From Candidatus Latescibacterota bacterium (GTDB taxonomy: Bacteria > Latescibacterota > UBA2968 > UBA8231), in the NCBI GenBank assembly GCA_965242865.1, contig CBDETK010000013.1:4064001-4128000 (forward strand): DNA of 64,000 nucleotides, given 5' to 3'. Numbering within the stretch: position 1 is the stretch's first letter; each line of letters starts with the position of its first letter. Below are positions 9,254-19,061 of this stretch, piece after piece. Position numbers and translations under genes: made by a program. Below the pieces are notes generated by a model. The model was given only the letters and a program-made list of their open reading frames with translations, did no database searches and had not been told where the DNA came from.

Positions 9254-12200
9254 TCAAGCGACCGCCACCTCGTCGTCCTCAACCGTTACCGCGCCGTCCT
9301 GCACCAGCGTTCTCAGGGCGGCTCCCACCTTCTGCTTCGCTTTGGCCGTTGCGCGGCGAAAGCCCAGCAGCGAGAGGGCCTCAGCAATGGCCGCTTCTTC
9401 CGACAGGCTAAAGGCCGCCCGGATTACCTCGATCAAGGCCACGCAGATTTCCTCGTCGGGCACCAGCTCGATGTTTCTCGCGGTGGAGGGCAGGTCCGAG
9501 CGGTCGCGCACCCGGACCGGCTTGTCGCTGTCGGCAAACAGGAAGTCGCCTGCTAAGTGGAGGAGGCCGTTCTGGTGACCGAATTCGGCGGCCCGCTTTA
9601 TGTGCCCTAGCATTCTCGACCCCACGCGGGCAAAGCCGGCCGATTCAGCGAGCCGCCGCGCCGCCTCGGTCAGGTGAACGGGGCCTTCAATGTCGATCAC
9701 CTGGCGCATGGCTTGAGCGACATCGGCTAGGGGCAACTCGTGGATCTCGGCTGCAATGCCCAAATCGCCCGTGGCCAACACATAGAGGTCGGCCTGTAAG
9801 TTGTTGTCCGTCGGCTCGTCGCGATTGATGGGCTGGGGCGGCGCTGGGGTGGGAGATGCGGGAGGTTCTTCGGCCACGCGCAGGGCCTGAGCAATGGAAT
9901 CGGCGAGGCGGGCGCTTTCTCTGTGGGGATCCCGGAACCAGTCGGTGCTCCAAATGCGATGGAAGCGCCAGCCCAAGCCCTCCAGCACGCTTTGCCGCAA
10001 ACGGTCGCGGTCGCGGGCTGTTGCTGAGCTGTGATAACTCGCGCCGTCGCACTCTACGGCCAAAACGTAGCGGCCGGGCTCCTGGGGGTCGCGCACGGCA
10101 ATGTCAATATAAAAGCCCGCGGAACCCACTTGCGGCTCAATGTCGTAGCCTAGCCGGCGAATGGCGTCGATCACGGCCTCTTCAAACGGCGAATCCGGTG
10201 CCTTTCCGGTCTCGTCCGGGCGGTCCTCTAGTTCCCCGGTCTGGGCGTAGTGCAAGAAGCTCTTCAAGGCGCGCACCCCAAACGGCGAATGGCCCTCGGT
10301 TTTCATGTCGTCGGCCGTAAAATTGCTAAAGACCTCCATGGCCAAGCGGGCGCGCGTGATCAGCACATTCAAGCGGCGCTCGCCTCCCTCGCGGTTCACC
10401 GGACCAAAACTCGCGCTCATATTGCCGTGGGCCGTGCGGCCATAGCCAATGCTGATGAAGATCACGTCGCGCTCATCCCCCTGCACGTTCTCCAAGTTCT
10501 TGACAAAAAAGCCCTCTAGCGCACCGGTCGCGAAAAACTCCTCGCAGCTCGGATCTAAGCGGCGCAACCGCTCGATTTCCAGCAAAATGCAGTCGCGTTG
10601 AGCGGTCGAAAACGCGACCACGCCTAAGGTCGCATCCGGGTGTGTTTGGGCGTGGCGCATGACCGCCTCGGCTACGGCGCGCGCCTCCACTGGGTTGGTG
10701 CGCGAGCTACCGCGCTCGTACACCGCCTCGGGCAGGTGATTGAACGTCAACCCCTTAGCGCGGGCATTCACCCCGGGACTGGGAAAGATCATCAAGCGGT
10801 CGCGGTAAAATTCCCGATTGGAAACGGCGATCAGGGAATCGTGTCGGCTCCGATAGTGCCAGCGCAACATGGACTCTGGGGCTCCTTGCGACACGAACAT
10901 GCTCAAAATGCTCTCAATGTCGGCGGTCTGGCTTTCTTCGTCGTCTAGCTCCAAGGCTTTGGTAAAGAAGTCGGTCGGCGGCATCTGGCGCGTGTCCCCG
11001 ACCACCACCACCTGTTTGCCGCGCAGAATCGGGCCGATTGCATCCACCACTTTCACCTGACTGGCTTCGTCAAACACCACCAAGTCAAAGTCCAACGCGC
11101 CCTGTTCCAAGTAGGTCGCCACCGACATGGGGCTCATCATAAACACGGGCTTTATTTGCTGAATCGCCCGGCCGGCTTGGGCGATGAGCTGGCGAATCGG
11201 CATATAGCGGCGCTTCTTGTTGATCTCGCGGCGAATAAGCGCCATCTGGCCGGCAGCGTTGGCGGCCGGCAAGCGGTGGTAGTGCTTTAAGACCAATGCT
11301 TCGCGGGCGTGGTGCAGCAGTTCCTCGTCCAAGCGTCTAAATTCAGCGATGGCGCTTTCGTGGCTCGCCCGATTAAACCGCTTGATCGTCTCGCTCGTGC
11401 TGTATGCCTCGTGTACCAAGCCCTCGTAATAGGCTTTCTTCAGGGAGGTCAGCAGCAGGGCTGGGGGTGCTGTCCAGTCGTAAGACAGTCGATCGATCTG
11501 TTCCAACTCGTTGGCACACAGTTTTTTTCTCAGGTGGTTGTAGTGCGCCATCGGTGCTAAGGCACCGATTTGGTCGCGCCAACGATTGAGCTCGGCTGCC
11601 AGCTCACCCAACGGCCGCTCTTCAATGGGTCGCGTTTTTATTTTTAGCCGCTGGCTCACTTCGTCAACTCGCTCTTTTAGCTCGCCCGCGGTGCGCTCGA
11701 GCGCCGCCAACGGTTCCTCGCACCCCGCGAGTTTCCCACCGCCCTGCAAGAATGTTAGCAAGCCTTCCGGCACCGCGCCCTCGCTTACTTCTCGGTGCAA
11801 CGCGCCGATCCAAGCACTGAGCGCCTTCAAGACGCCCCAATCGCTGCTCGACCCCTTCCATTGCATCCCCAACAGGCTTTCGCCCAAGGGCTCGTGCTCG
11901 GCATACAACGCGCGCCGGGCTTGGTACTTGAGGATGTCGTCGATGAGAGCCACGCATGCGTTGGCATCGGCGGGCAAGTCGCCTTTCACCAAACCTTGCA
12001 GGGTGCGGCGGGCGCGACCAAAGCTGGGAAAGATAAAGCGCCACCAGTGCCGGCCGGTGGTGGCCCACGCTTGGCGCACGCTCAACAGGTCGGCCTGCCA
12101 AGCCTGCTCGATCAATTGCGCGCGCCGCTTGTCTTGCAGGGCCGTCATTTCTTGGCCGGCTTGGAGCAGGGCCTCGATTTGCTCGCTGCGGTGTTGCCAG

Positions 12201-13882
12201 TCCGCCGCGGTCAGCGGCACGCCCGCTAAGGGCGGCGCATTCCGCACGCGCTCGCCAGCGCGGCATACAGCCCGCAGCGCGGCGAGGGTTTCCGGGCCGT
12301 CTAGACCCATCCTTTCAGATAGGGCGTCGCCCAACTTCCGGCCCTTGTCGAGGGATGCGAGTGCCTTGGTCAAGCAAGCAACGATCTCGTTTTGCTCAAT
12401 CGGCGAAACGTGCTCTAGCGTCGATTGGGCAAAGGGGCTGTGGGCCGGGGTACCCATCGTCGCTAAGTGCTCAACCAGTTCGCGCACCTGCGCGCAGGCG
12501 TTTGCAAAGCTGTCTTCGTCCCAATGGCGCAACCCGGCAAAGTCCAGCGTCGGCAGTTCGCGCCCACCGGCTTCTTGGCTCAGCTTGAGGAGGTGCCCTT
12601 GGGCATTTATATAGCTCGTTCCCGAAGTCAGGATGGGATGGTTCACCGCGCGGCAATACGCATCGAGTTGTTGGCGCAACTGGGCGTGGCGGCGTTTTTT
12701 GGCCGCGTGATTCGCCACGGCCGGCGGGCCGAGTTCGAGTGTGCGCCTCAGTTCTTGCAGGACGGCACTCTTATTGCTCTTGTGGCTGTGCAGCTCCAGC
12801 ACGGCGTCGCCCAAGTGGCACTCGTCGAGGCGGCGTTTTACCACCTCTAAGGCCGCCATCTTTTCGGCGACAAAGAGCACGGTTTTTTCGTCGGATAGGG
12901 CCTCGGCGATGATATTGGTAATGGTCTGGGATTTGCCCGTGCCCGGCGGGCCTTGGATGACCAAGTTGGAGTCTTGCTTCACCGCCAAGACCGCTTGCGT
13001 CTGGCTGGAGTCCGCGTCCAACACAAAGTGGAGATCCGCGGGCTCGACCTCGGCGCGAGGCATTGAGGGCAACCCAGTGCCGCCGCCGCCAAATCCGTCG
13101 GCGAGCAGGTTTTGCAACACCTCGTGGTCGTAGGGCTTGTGGCCTGCGGGCCAATTATCCGGGTCTAAATCCTGATACATCTGGAACTTGCCAAAGGAAA
13201 AAAACCCGAGCGCGATTTCATCGGCCTGCACCTGCCAGCGCGGCAGGTGCGCCACGCCAGCGGCCACTTCGTTTAAGTACTCATCCAGATCGAGCTCTTC
13301 CTCGAACTCCGGCAGCGTTATCTCGAACTCGCTTTTTAGCTTGTTGGCGAGCGTCAGATTCGGCCCGAGGTCGGCCTCGGTGTACGCCACCTTGTAGCGC
13401 GCTCTCGCGCTGCCGCGCTGCAAAGAAACCGGCACCAATACGAGCGGTGCTTTGCGGGGTATGGAGGAGCTTTCGGCTTCGTACCAAGTCAGAAAGCCCA
13501 AGGCCAAATACAACAGATCCACGCCCTGCTCTTGGTAGTAGCTCTCGGCCTCCGCGCTGATCTTGAGGAGGCTTTTGTCGAGCGCGTCCGCCGAGAGTTT
13601 GGTTTGCAGGCGGTTGTCGGTGTGGCGGCGGTCTGCGTCCTCGTCCTCCAAAATGCTGGGCAGTGCTTGCGGGTCGCTTTCTTCCGCTGGCGACGCCGGC
13701 ACCGGGACAAACGCCATCTGCTTTTGCTCGGCCACCAATATCCGAAACACTTCCCGCGACTTCTCGTGGATTACTGCGAGCGTTTTCGCGCCGGGACGAA
13801 AGTTGAGCAGGGTGTTGCCGCGCAAGCCCATATCCAATAATTCCGACCGGCTGACTGCGAGTTTTTCTGCTAAAGATGGCAT
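9254..13882 (-). CDS. DUF4011 - SF1 helicase - Vsr-like endonuclease - DUF3320 protein (Hhe-like anti-phage protein)
   Basis: N-terminal LLDMGLRGNTLLNF and LYLALGFLTW; GPPGTGKSQT; DEASQ; WHYRS; ENVQGDERD; SPFEE...IDIAV...VECDGASYH...RDRDRLRQSVLEGLGW; start moved to ATG 13882 (1542 aa). Confidence 0.88.
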   Translation of the reverse strand: MPSLAEKLAVSRSELLDMGLRGNTLLNFRPGAKTLAVIHEKSREVFRILVAEQKQMAFVPVPASPAEESDPQALPSILEDEDADRRHTDNRLQTKLSADALDKSLLKISAEAESYYQEQGVDLLYLALGFLTWYEAESSSIPRKAPLVLVPVSLQRGSARARYKVAYTEADLGPNLTLANKLKSEFEITLPEFEEELDLDEYLNEVAAGVAHLPRWQVQADEIALGFFSFGKFQMYQDLDPDNWPAGHKPYDHEVLQNLLADGFGGGGTGLPSMPRAEVEPADLHFVLDADSSQTQAVLAVKQDSNLVIQGPPGTGKSQTITNIIAEALSDEKTVLFVAEKMAALEVVKRRLDECHLGDAVLELHSHKSNKSAVLQELRRTLELGPPAVANHAAKKRRHAQLRQQLDAYCRAVNHPILTSGTSYINAQGHLLKLSQEAGGRELPTLDFAGLRHWDEDSFANACAQVRELVEHLATMGTPAHSPFAQSTLEHVSPIEQNEIVACLTKALASLDKGRKLGDALSERMGLDGPETLAALRAVCRAGERVRNAPPLAGVPLTAADWQHRSEQIEALLQAGQEMTALQDKRRAQLIEQAWQADLLSVRQAWATTGRHWWRFIFPSFGRARRTLQGLVKGDLPADANACVALIDDILKYQARRALYAEHEPLGESLLGMQWKGSSSDWGVLKALSAWIGALHREVSEGAVPEGLLTFLQGGGKLAGCEEPLAALERTAGELKERVDEVSQRLKIKTRPIEERPLGELAAELNRWRDQIGALAPMAHYNHLRKKLCANELEQIDRLSYDWTAPPALLLTSLKKAYYEGLVHEAYSTSETIKRFNRASHESAIAEFRRLDEELLHHAREALVLKHYHRLPAANAAGQMALIRREINKKRRYMPIRQLIAQAGRAIQQIKPVFMMSPMSVATYLEQGALDFDLVVFDEASQVKVVDAIGPILRGKQVVVVGDTRQMPPTDFFTKALELDDEESQTADIESILSMFVSQGAPESMLRWHYRSRHDSLIAVSNREFYRDRLMIFPSPGVNARAKGLTFNHLPEAVYERGSSRTNPVEARAVAEAVMRHAQTHPDATLGVVAFSTAQRDCILLEIERLRRLDPSCEEFFATGALEGFFVKNLENVQGDERDVIFISIGYGRTAHGNMSASFGPVNREGGERRLNVLITRARLAMEVFSNFTADDMKTEGHSPFGVRALKSFLHYAQTGELEDRPDETGKAPDSPFEEAVIDAIRRLGYDIEPQVGSAGFYIDIAVRDPQEPGRYVLAVECDGASYHSSATARDRDRLRQSVLEGLGWRFHRIWSTDWFRDPHRESARLADSIAQALRVAEEPPASPTPAPPQPINRDEPTDNNLQADLYVLATGDLGIAAEIHELPLADVAQAMRQVIDIEGPVHLTEAARRLAESAGFARVGSRMLGHIKRAAEFGHQNGLLHLAGDFLFADSDKPVRVRDRSDLPSTARNIELVPDEEICVALIEVIRAAFSLSEEAAIAEALSLLGFRRATAKAKQKVGAALRTLVQDGAVTVEDDEVAVA

Positions 13883-13932
13883 GTTGGTCGATTCGTCCGT
13901 CTTAAATGCACTCGGCGTAGCGCGCCCGCCCG

Positions 13933-14661
13933 TCATTCGCTGTCGCGCAACAGCCAGCGCACGGCGTTTTGCTGCAACTTCTCGTAGGCCGGGTTCCAAA
14001 GGGCGGCGATGGTGTGTCCCGGGGATACATAGCACACGCGGCCCGCGCCGTACTCGTACGCCCAAGCCGCCTCGCACGTGGTGCCCAAGTCCTGCCAAGT
14101 GTGCCCGTCGTCGTTGACGCTGACGGCCAAGATGTGGGCGGGGTCTTTGTCGTAGTGCATAAAGTGCTGCTCGTCCTCGACGACAAAGTCCGCCACGCCG
14201 CGCGTTATGGGGTGGTCGGTGCGCGTGATGTGGACGCGATAGGGACGCACCGGCGGGTGTCCTTGGGTCGCGGCGCCCAACACGTGGCGAAAGTCGCGGC
14301 TGCCCGGGGCGATGTACGTGGAATTGTGGTAGAAAAGAGCCGCCCCACCTGCCTCCACAAAGCTCCGCACGGCGCGGCCTTGGGCCTCGGTAATCCACTG
14401 CACGGGATGGGATTTTGCGGCCTCAACGGGTGGCTCGCTGACGGGCGCGGCCTCTAGGCCGTAGCCATTGGGCCAGATCATGCCGTCGCGAAAGACTATC
14501 AGCAGCCGATAGCCCGACAGGTGTTGGGCGTTGAGTAGGGAAAGCTCGTCGGTAAAATCAATGGACAATCCCGCGCCTTGGACCAAGGTGCGGCCCAAAG
14601 CCGTGCGGATGTAATCCGACGTGTGATAGCGGTCGCCCACTAGGGCAAAGGCCGTAGCCAT
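13933..14661 (-). CDS. ThuA-like (class I glutamine amidotransferase-like fold) protein
   Basis: FVEAGG..LFYH, HPITRGVADF..EDE, WAYEYGAGRVCYVSPGH; SD GAGGAG upstream of ATG 14661. Confidence 0.8.
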   Translation of the reverse strand: MATAFALVGDRYHTSDYIRTALGRTLVQGAGLSIDFTDELSLLNAQHLSGYRLLIVFRDGMIWPNGYGLEAAPVSEPPVEAAKSHPVQWITEAQGRAVRSFVEAGGAALFYHNSTYIAPGSRDFRHVLGAATQGHPPVRPYRVHITRTDHPITRGVADFVVEDEQHFMHYDKDPAHILAVSVNDDGHTWQDLGTTCEAAWAYEYGAGRVCYVSPGHTIAALWNPAYEKLQQNAVRWLLRDSE

Positions 14662-14675
14662 AAATCGTCTCCTCT

Positions 14676-14816
14676 GTGATTGGGTGGTTGCGATGGGCGC
14701 GGGCAACCATGATTGCCGGGTGGTTGGGTGGTTGCAATGGGCGGGGGCGACCACGATTGCCATGTGTGATTGGGCGTCCGCAATGGGCGCGGGCAACCAC
14801 GGAGGGTTGCCCCTAC
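14676..14816. repeat. Three degenerate ~45-bp tandem units ending in a GTAG-type REP hairpin
   Basis: Units start at 14676, 14720 and 14766; last unit ends GGGCAACC-ACGGAG-GGTTGCCC-CTAC (GTAG on the minus strand). Confidence 0.8.
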
Positions 14817-16304
14817 CTAGAACCGTTCCAAATGGGGGAATTTTTCTTTGCCGCTATGGACGTGCATGGCGCCGCCTTCGGCGCATCGACGCAGGGTGGG
14901 AAACACCTTGCCCGGGTTTAATACCTGCTGTGGGTCAAATTCGGCCTTGATTTGCTCTTGGGCGTCCAAATCGGCGTCCTTGAACATGCACGGCATTAAA
15001 TCTCGCTTCTCAATGCCCACTCCGTGCTCTCCGCTCAACACGCCGCCCACCTCGACGCAGAGCTTCAAGATCTCGGCCCCCAACGCCTCGGCCTTTTCCA
15101 GATCGCCCTCGACATTGCTGTCGTACAGCACGAGCGGATGTAGGTTGCCGTCGCCGGCGTGGAAAACGTTGGCTACCCGCAGGCCATAAAGGGCCGACAG
15201 TTCGCCGATTCGCTGGAGCACCTGCGGCAGCGCACCGCGCGGGATGGTCCCGTCCATGCAGTAGTAGTCGGGACTAATCCGGCCCATCGCCGGAAAGGCC
15301 GCTTTGCGGCCGGCCCACAGCTTTTGCCGCTCGGCCTCGGTTGTGGCGCGAGAAAGCGCGGTCGCGCCGGTCTGCCGCAAGAGCGATTCCAGCGCTTGGC
15401 TGTGGCACTCGACCTCGCTTTGCGGCCCGTCCAATTCAACCAGCAAGAGGGCGGCCACTCCGAGCGGATAGCCGGCGCCGACAAAGCCCTCGACCGCTTC
15501 AACCGAGAGCTGATCCATGATTTCCATGCCGGCCGGGACCATGCCGGCGGCGATGATCTCGGCCACGGCCTGCCCGGCCGCTTCAACCGAATCGTACACG
15601 GCCATCATGGCTTGGGCCACTTCCGGCTTGGGCAAGATCCGCAGGGTGGCCTCCGTGGTAATGGCCAACAGCCCTTCCGAGCCGGTCAGCAGCCCGAGCA
15701 AGTCGTACCCCGCTTGGTCCATGCCCTTCCCGCCGACTCGCACGATCTCGCCGTCGGCCAACACCACCTCTAGGCCGAGGAGGTTGTTGGTCGTCGTGCC
15801 GTACTTGAGGCAGTGGACGCCGCCGGAGTTTTCGGCGATGTTGCCGCCGATTGAGCAGGCGATCTGGCTCGACGGGTCGGGCGCGTAGTAGAAGCCGCTT
15901 TGCTCTACCGCTTGGGTCACGCTTAGGTTGGTCGCGCCCGGCTGCACGGTTACGGTGCGGTTTGCCAAGTCGATGTCGAGCACCGCTCGCATCCGCGCCG
16001 TGCTCAACACTACCCCGTCTTCTCTCGGCAAGGCTCCTCCCGAAAGCCCGGTGCCGGCGCCCCAAGGGACGATGGGAATGTCGAATTGGGAGCACGACCG
16101 GAGGACGGCTGCGACCTGCTCGGTGCTATCCGGTAAGGCGACCAGCATGGGCCGCTGGCGATACGCCGACAGGCCGTCGCACTCGTAGGCTATTACGTCC
16201 TCGCGGTGGTGAATGATCTGATCGGCGCGCAAGTGCTCGCGCAGGCCGCCGATGAGGGCTTCGCGCCGCTCAAAGCGGGTAGGGTCGGGCGTGGGAAGGT
16301 TCAT
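14817..16304 (-). CDS. glcD: Glycolate oxidase subunit GlcD (FAD-linked oxidase)
   Basis: YECDGLSAYRQ, GAGTGLSGGA, YAPDPSSQIACSIGGNIAENSGGVHCLKYG, HAGDGNLHP, GEHGVG, LNPGK. Confidence 0.9.
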   Translation of the reverse strand: MNLPTPDPTRFERREALIGGLREHLRADQIIHHREDVIAYECDGLSAYRQRPMLVALPDSTEQVAAVLRSCSQFDIPIVPWGAGTGLSGGALPREDGVVLSTARMRAVLDIDLANRTVTVQPGATNLSVTQAVEQSGFYYAPDPSSQIACSIGGNIAENSGGVHCLKYGTTTNNLLGLEVVLADGEIVRVGGKGMDQAGYDLLGLLTGSEGLLAITTEATLRILPKPEVAQAMMAVYDSVEAAGQAVAEIIAAGMVPAGMEIMDQLSVEAVEGFVGAGYPLGVAALLLVELDGPQSEVECHSQALESLLRQTGATALSRATTEAERQKLWAGRKAAFPAMGRISPDYYCMDGTIPRGALPQVLQRIGELSALYGLRVANVFHAGDGNLHPLVLYDSNVEGDLEKAEALGAEILKLCVEVGGVLSGEHGVGIEKRDLMPCMFKDADLDAQEQIKAEFDPQQVLNPGKVFPTLRRCAEGGAMHVHSGKEKFPHLERF

Positions 16305-16586
16305 TGTCGTTTTCTTCTAGCAGTTTTGAGCTTTTGTGGTTCCTTACGAACTGAGTGGATTAGGGCCAGCGCGACAAGATCAGCGTACCCAGCGCCAGCA
16401 AGCTGGCGACTTGCATGCCAACCAACCAGCGCGTTAGTGCGTCTTTTGTCCATACCTGCAAGATAACCGAAAATTTTTACTCCGCGACACCAGCCCCTAG
16501 CCTTTTCTTGCCCTGGCCGAGGGCGGGACGCCAAGTAAGGGGCGCGTACTTAGCTGAAAATGATATGCTGCGTACCGTCCAGTAGC

Positions 16587-16627
16587 AAAATGGGGCCTCT
16601 CTTAAAATACAAGAGAGGCCCCATTTT
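16587..16627. terminator. Perfect 17-bp inverted repeat resembling a bidirectional intrinsic terminator
   Basis: AAAATGGGGCCTCTCTT-AAAATAC-AAGAGAGGCCCCATTTT; lies between divergently transcribed genes. Confidence 0.55.
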
Positions 16628-16739
16628 ACGAACTCTCGGTTGGGCAAACGCCTCGCGTGTTGACGTTGCTCGCGCCATGGGTCAATTTTGAGATAATTCG
16701 GCCACTTTTTACTGCACAGTTCCAACGAGGAGCGTTCCC

Positions 16740-17603
16740 ATGCGGCTCGGCGTCGTCGGCATGTTGCCCCCGGACTTTCGCGCAATCAGCGACCAACACC
16801 TCGCGGCAATCAAGGCACTCAATCTCACGGGCGCGGCCTTTCACGCCCCTGGAGAAGCACTGTTTGCCGTCACGCCCGCAGAATGCCACAAGGTGCGCGA
16901 TACTATTGCGGCCGCGGGCATGGATTTGCCCCAATTCGGCATTGGCTTTTCCGAGTGCCTGTTCGATCCCAATCCCGCCGTGCGCGACCAAGTCGTCGGC
17001 AAAATCGAGCGCGGCATTGAGGTCGCCCGCGACTTAGCTGCTCACACGTGCCTAATCCGCACCGGCAGCCTCAACCCATCCGGTTCGTACGCGCCGTCGC
17101 CGCTCAATCTCACGCCCGAGGCCCGCGCCCGACTCGTCGAGACCCTCAAGCGCGTGGCCGCCAAAGCCGAGGCCGCAGCCGTCACCATGGTCATTGAGAC
17201 CCATCTGCTCACCATCATGGGGTCGCCGGAGGTAAACCGCGATGTGCTGCAAGCGGTTGGGTCCGAGCGCATGACCGTGGTCATGGATTACGTCAACCAC
17301 TTCCAGAATTTGCACCAAGTGTACAACAGCACTGAGCGGCTGCAGCACATATTTGAAATTATGAACCCCATCTCGGTCGTCGGGCATTGCAAGGACATCA
17401 AGCTGTCCAATGGCTTGGTGCTCCACATCGACGAGGAGATCCCCGGCGATGGCGAGCTCGACCTCTTTACCGCCCTCGAGCGGTGGCACGACGCCCATCC
17501 CGACGGCTACATGCTCCTAGAGCATCTGCCCAACGAGAAATACCCCAGAGCCGCGGCCAATGTTCACAGCATTCTCGCCGAAGCCGGCATTCCCGTGCAT
17601 TAA
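16740..17603 (+). CDS. Sugar phosphate isomerase/epimerase (xylose isomerase-like TIM barrel)
   Basis: MVIE, VMDYVN, HCKD, PGDGELD and MLLEH metal-ligand pattern; SD GAGGAG. Confidence 0.82.
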   Translation: MRLGVVGMLPPDFRAISDQHLAAIKALNLTGAAFHAPGEALFAVTPAECHKVRDTIAAAGMDLPQFGIGFSECLFDPNPAVRDQVVGKIERGIEVARDLAAHTCLIRTGSLNPSGSYAPSPLNLTPEARARLVETLKRVAAKAEAAAVTMVIETHLLTIMGSPEVNRDVLQAVGSERMTVVMDYVNHFQNLHQVYNSTERLQHIFEIMNPISVVGHCKDIKLSNGLVLHIDEEIPGDGELDLFTALERWHDAHPDGYMLLEHLPNEKYPRAAANVHSILAEAGIPVH

Positions 17604-17615
17604 GCACTCTAACCA

Positions 17616-18818
17616 ATGGAGCATACCGTGATTAAACCCCATGGCGCAGAAGAACTCAAGCCGCTCTATGTCGAAGACGACGCCGTGCGTACCCAACTTC
17701 TAGAAGAAGCCGCTAGCCTGCCCTCCATCGTCGTCTCTTCGGCCGCAGCGTCCTCGGCCGTCATGCTCGGCTCAGGGTACTTTACCCCGCTCACCGGCTT
17801 TATGGACGCGGGCGAGGCCAAGAGCGTAGCGGCCAATATGCACACGACCGACGGCCTGCTGTGGCCGACTCCGGTCATCAACCTCGTCCCCGGCGATCAG
17901 GTGCCCGCGGACCTCGCCCCCGGTAGCCGCAGCGCCCTGTTGGACCCCAATGTAGCAGGCAATCCCGCCCTTGCCATCCAAACAGTAACCGCGGTTGAAC
18001 CGCTCTCGGACGAGGAGCGCGCCGCCATCGTCGCCCAAGTCTTTGGCACGGACGACGAGGCGCACCCCGGGGTCGCCGCTTTTAAGGCCGCGGGCGACAC
18101 CCTCATTGCCGGGCCGATTGAGGTGCTCAACTTCTCGTACTTCCCCGGCGACTTTCCCCAGACCTTCCGCACCGCGGTTGAGTTGCGCGCCGAGATCGCC
18201 GAGCGCGGTTGGCATCGGGTCGTGGCCTTCCAGACCCGCAACCCCATGCACCGCGCCCACGAAGAGCTGTGTCGCATGGCGCAGCAGGCCGTTGAGGCCG
18301 ATGGGATCCTCATCCACATGTTGTTGGGCAAGCTCAAGGCCGGCGACATCCCAGCCAACGTGCGCGACGCGTCCATCCGCAAGATGGTCGAGTGCTACTT
18401 CCCAGAAAACACCGTGCTGATCGCCGGCTATGGCTTTGACATGCTCTACGCCGGCCCGCGCGAGGCCGTGCTCCACGCCATCTTTCGCCAGAACAGCGGC
18501 TGTACGCATCTGATCGTGGGGCGCGACCACGCGGGCGTGGGCGATTACTACGGAGCATTTGACGCACAGACCATTTTCGACGGCATCAACGACGCCCTTG
18601 AAATCGAAATTTTCCGCGGCGATCACACGGTCTGGTGCAAGGAGTGCAAGGAGGTGGTGATGATGCGCGACTGCCCGCACGCTGGCGACGCGTACCTGTT
18701 CCTGTCGGGAACCCAAGTCCGCGAAAAGCTGGCCGCGGGCGAGGCCCTGCCGCCGGAGTTTGCGCGGCCAGAAGTAGCCGAGATTCTCGCGGCGCACTAT
18801 CAGCGAGAAGCTGTTTAA
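17616..18818 (+). CDS. sat: Sulfate adenylyltransferase (ATP sulfurylase)
   Basis: VAFQTRNPMHRAH, YAGPREAVLHA, VGRDHAGVGDYYG, SGTQVRE; true start may be GTG 17628. Confidence 0.95.
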   Translation: MEHTVIKPHGAEELKPLYVEDDAVRTQLLEEAASLPSIVVSSAAASSAVMLGSGYFTPLTGFMDAGEAKSVAANMHTTDGLLWPTPVINLVPGDQVPADLAPGSRSALLDPNVAGNPALAIQTVTAVEPLSDEERAAIVAQVFGTDDEAHPGVAAFKAAGDTLIAGPIEVLNFSYFPGDFPQTFRTAVELRAEIAERGWHRVVAFQTRNPMHRAHEELCRMAQQAVEADGILIHMLLGKLKAGDIPANVRDASIRKMVECYFPENTVLIAGYGFDMLYAGPREAVLHAIFRQNSGCTHLIVGRDHAGVGDYYGAFDAQTIFDGINDALEIEIFRGDHTVWCKECKEVVMMRDCPHAGDAYLFLSGTQVREKLAAGEALPPEFARPEVAEILAAHYQREAV

Positions 18819-18831
18819 CCAGCAGGGGCCG

Positions 18832-18984
18832 ATGGCTGCACCTACTGTATTGCGCGCGGCGATCCCCAAGCAGGCGGCGCTAAACATGGCCAACGCGGTC
18901 GAGATCCACCTGTGGCTATGCGACGACAAAAACATCCCCGAAAAAACCGCCTGCCGCGTCGCGGTGGAAAACATGTGGAAGTAG
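18832..18984 (+). pseudogene. 50-aa ORF, possibly a gene remnant
   Basis: MAAPTVLRAAIPKQAALNMANAVEIHLWLCDDKNIPEKTACRVAVENMWK; VAVENMW resembles a TIM-barrel isomerase strand motif. Confidence 0.25.
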
Positions 18985-19061
18985 GACTGCCTATGGCAGC
19001 CCGCGTTGACGAGTCGGTAGTGAGAAGGACGCTAGATCGGGTGCTAGTTGAACCGCCGCGG

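Noticed and set aside
13883-14398. 172-aa N-terminal extension of the 1714-aa ORF
   Set aside because: Overlaps the ThuA-like gene in another frame and is Arg/Pro-rich; family similarity starts at Met 13882.
14676-14816. Possible mini CRISPR array or N-terminal extension of the ThuA-like protein
   Set aside because: Repeats are degenerate without spacers; a good SD precedes ATG 14661.
17772-18974. 400-aa minus-strand ORF and similar long antisense ORFs opposite gltB, recD2 and uvrA
   Set aside because: Expected shadow ORFs from high GC3 codon bias; no recognisable motifs.
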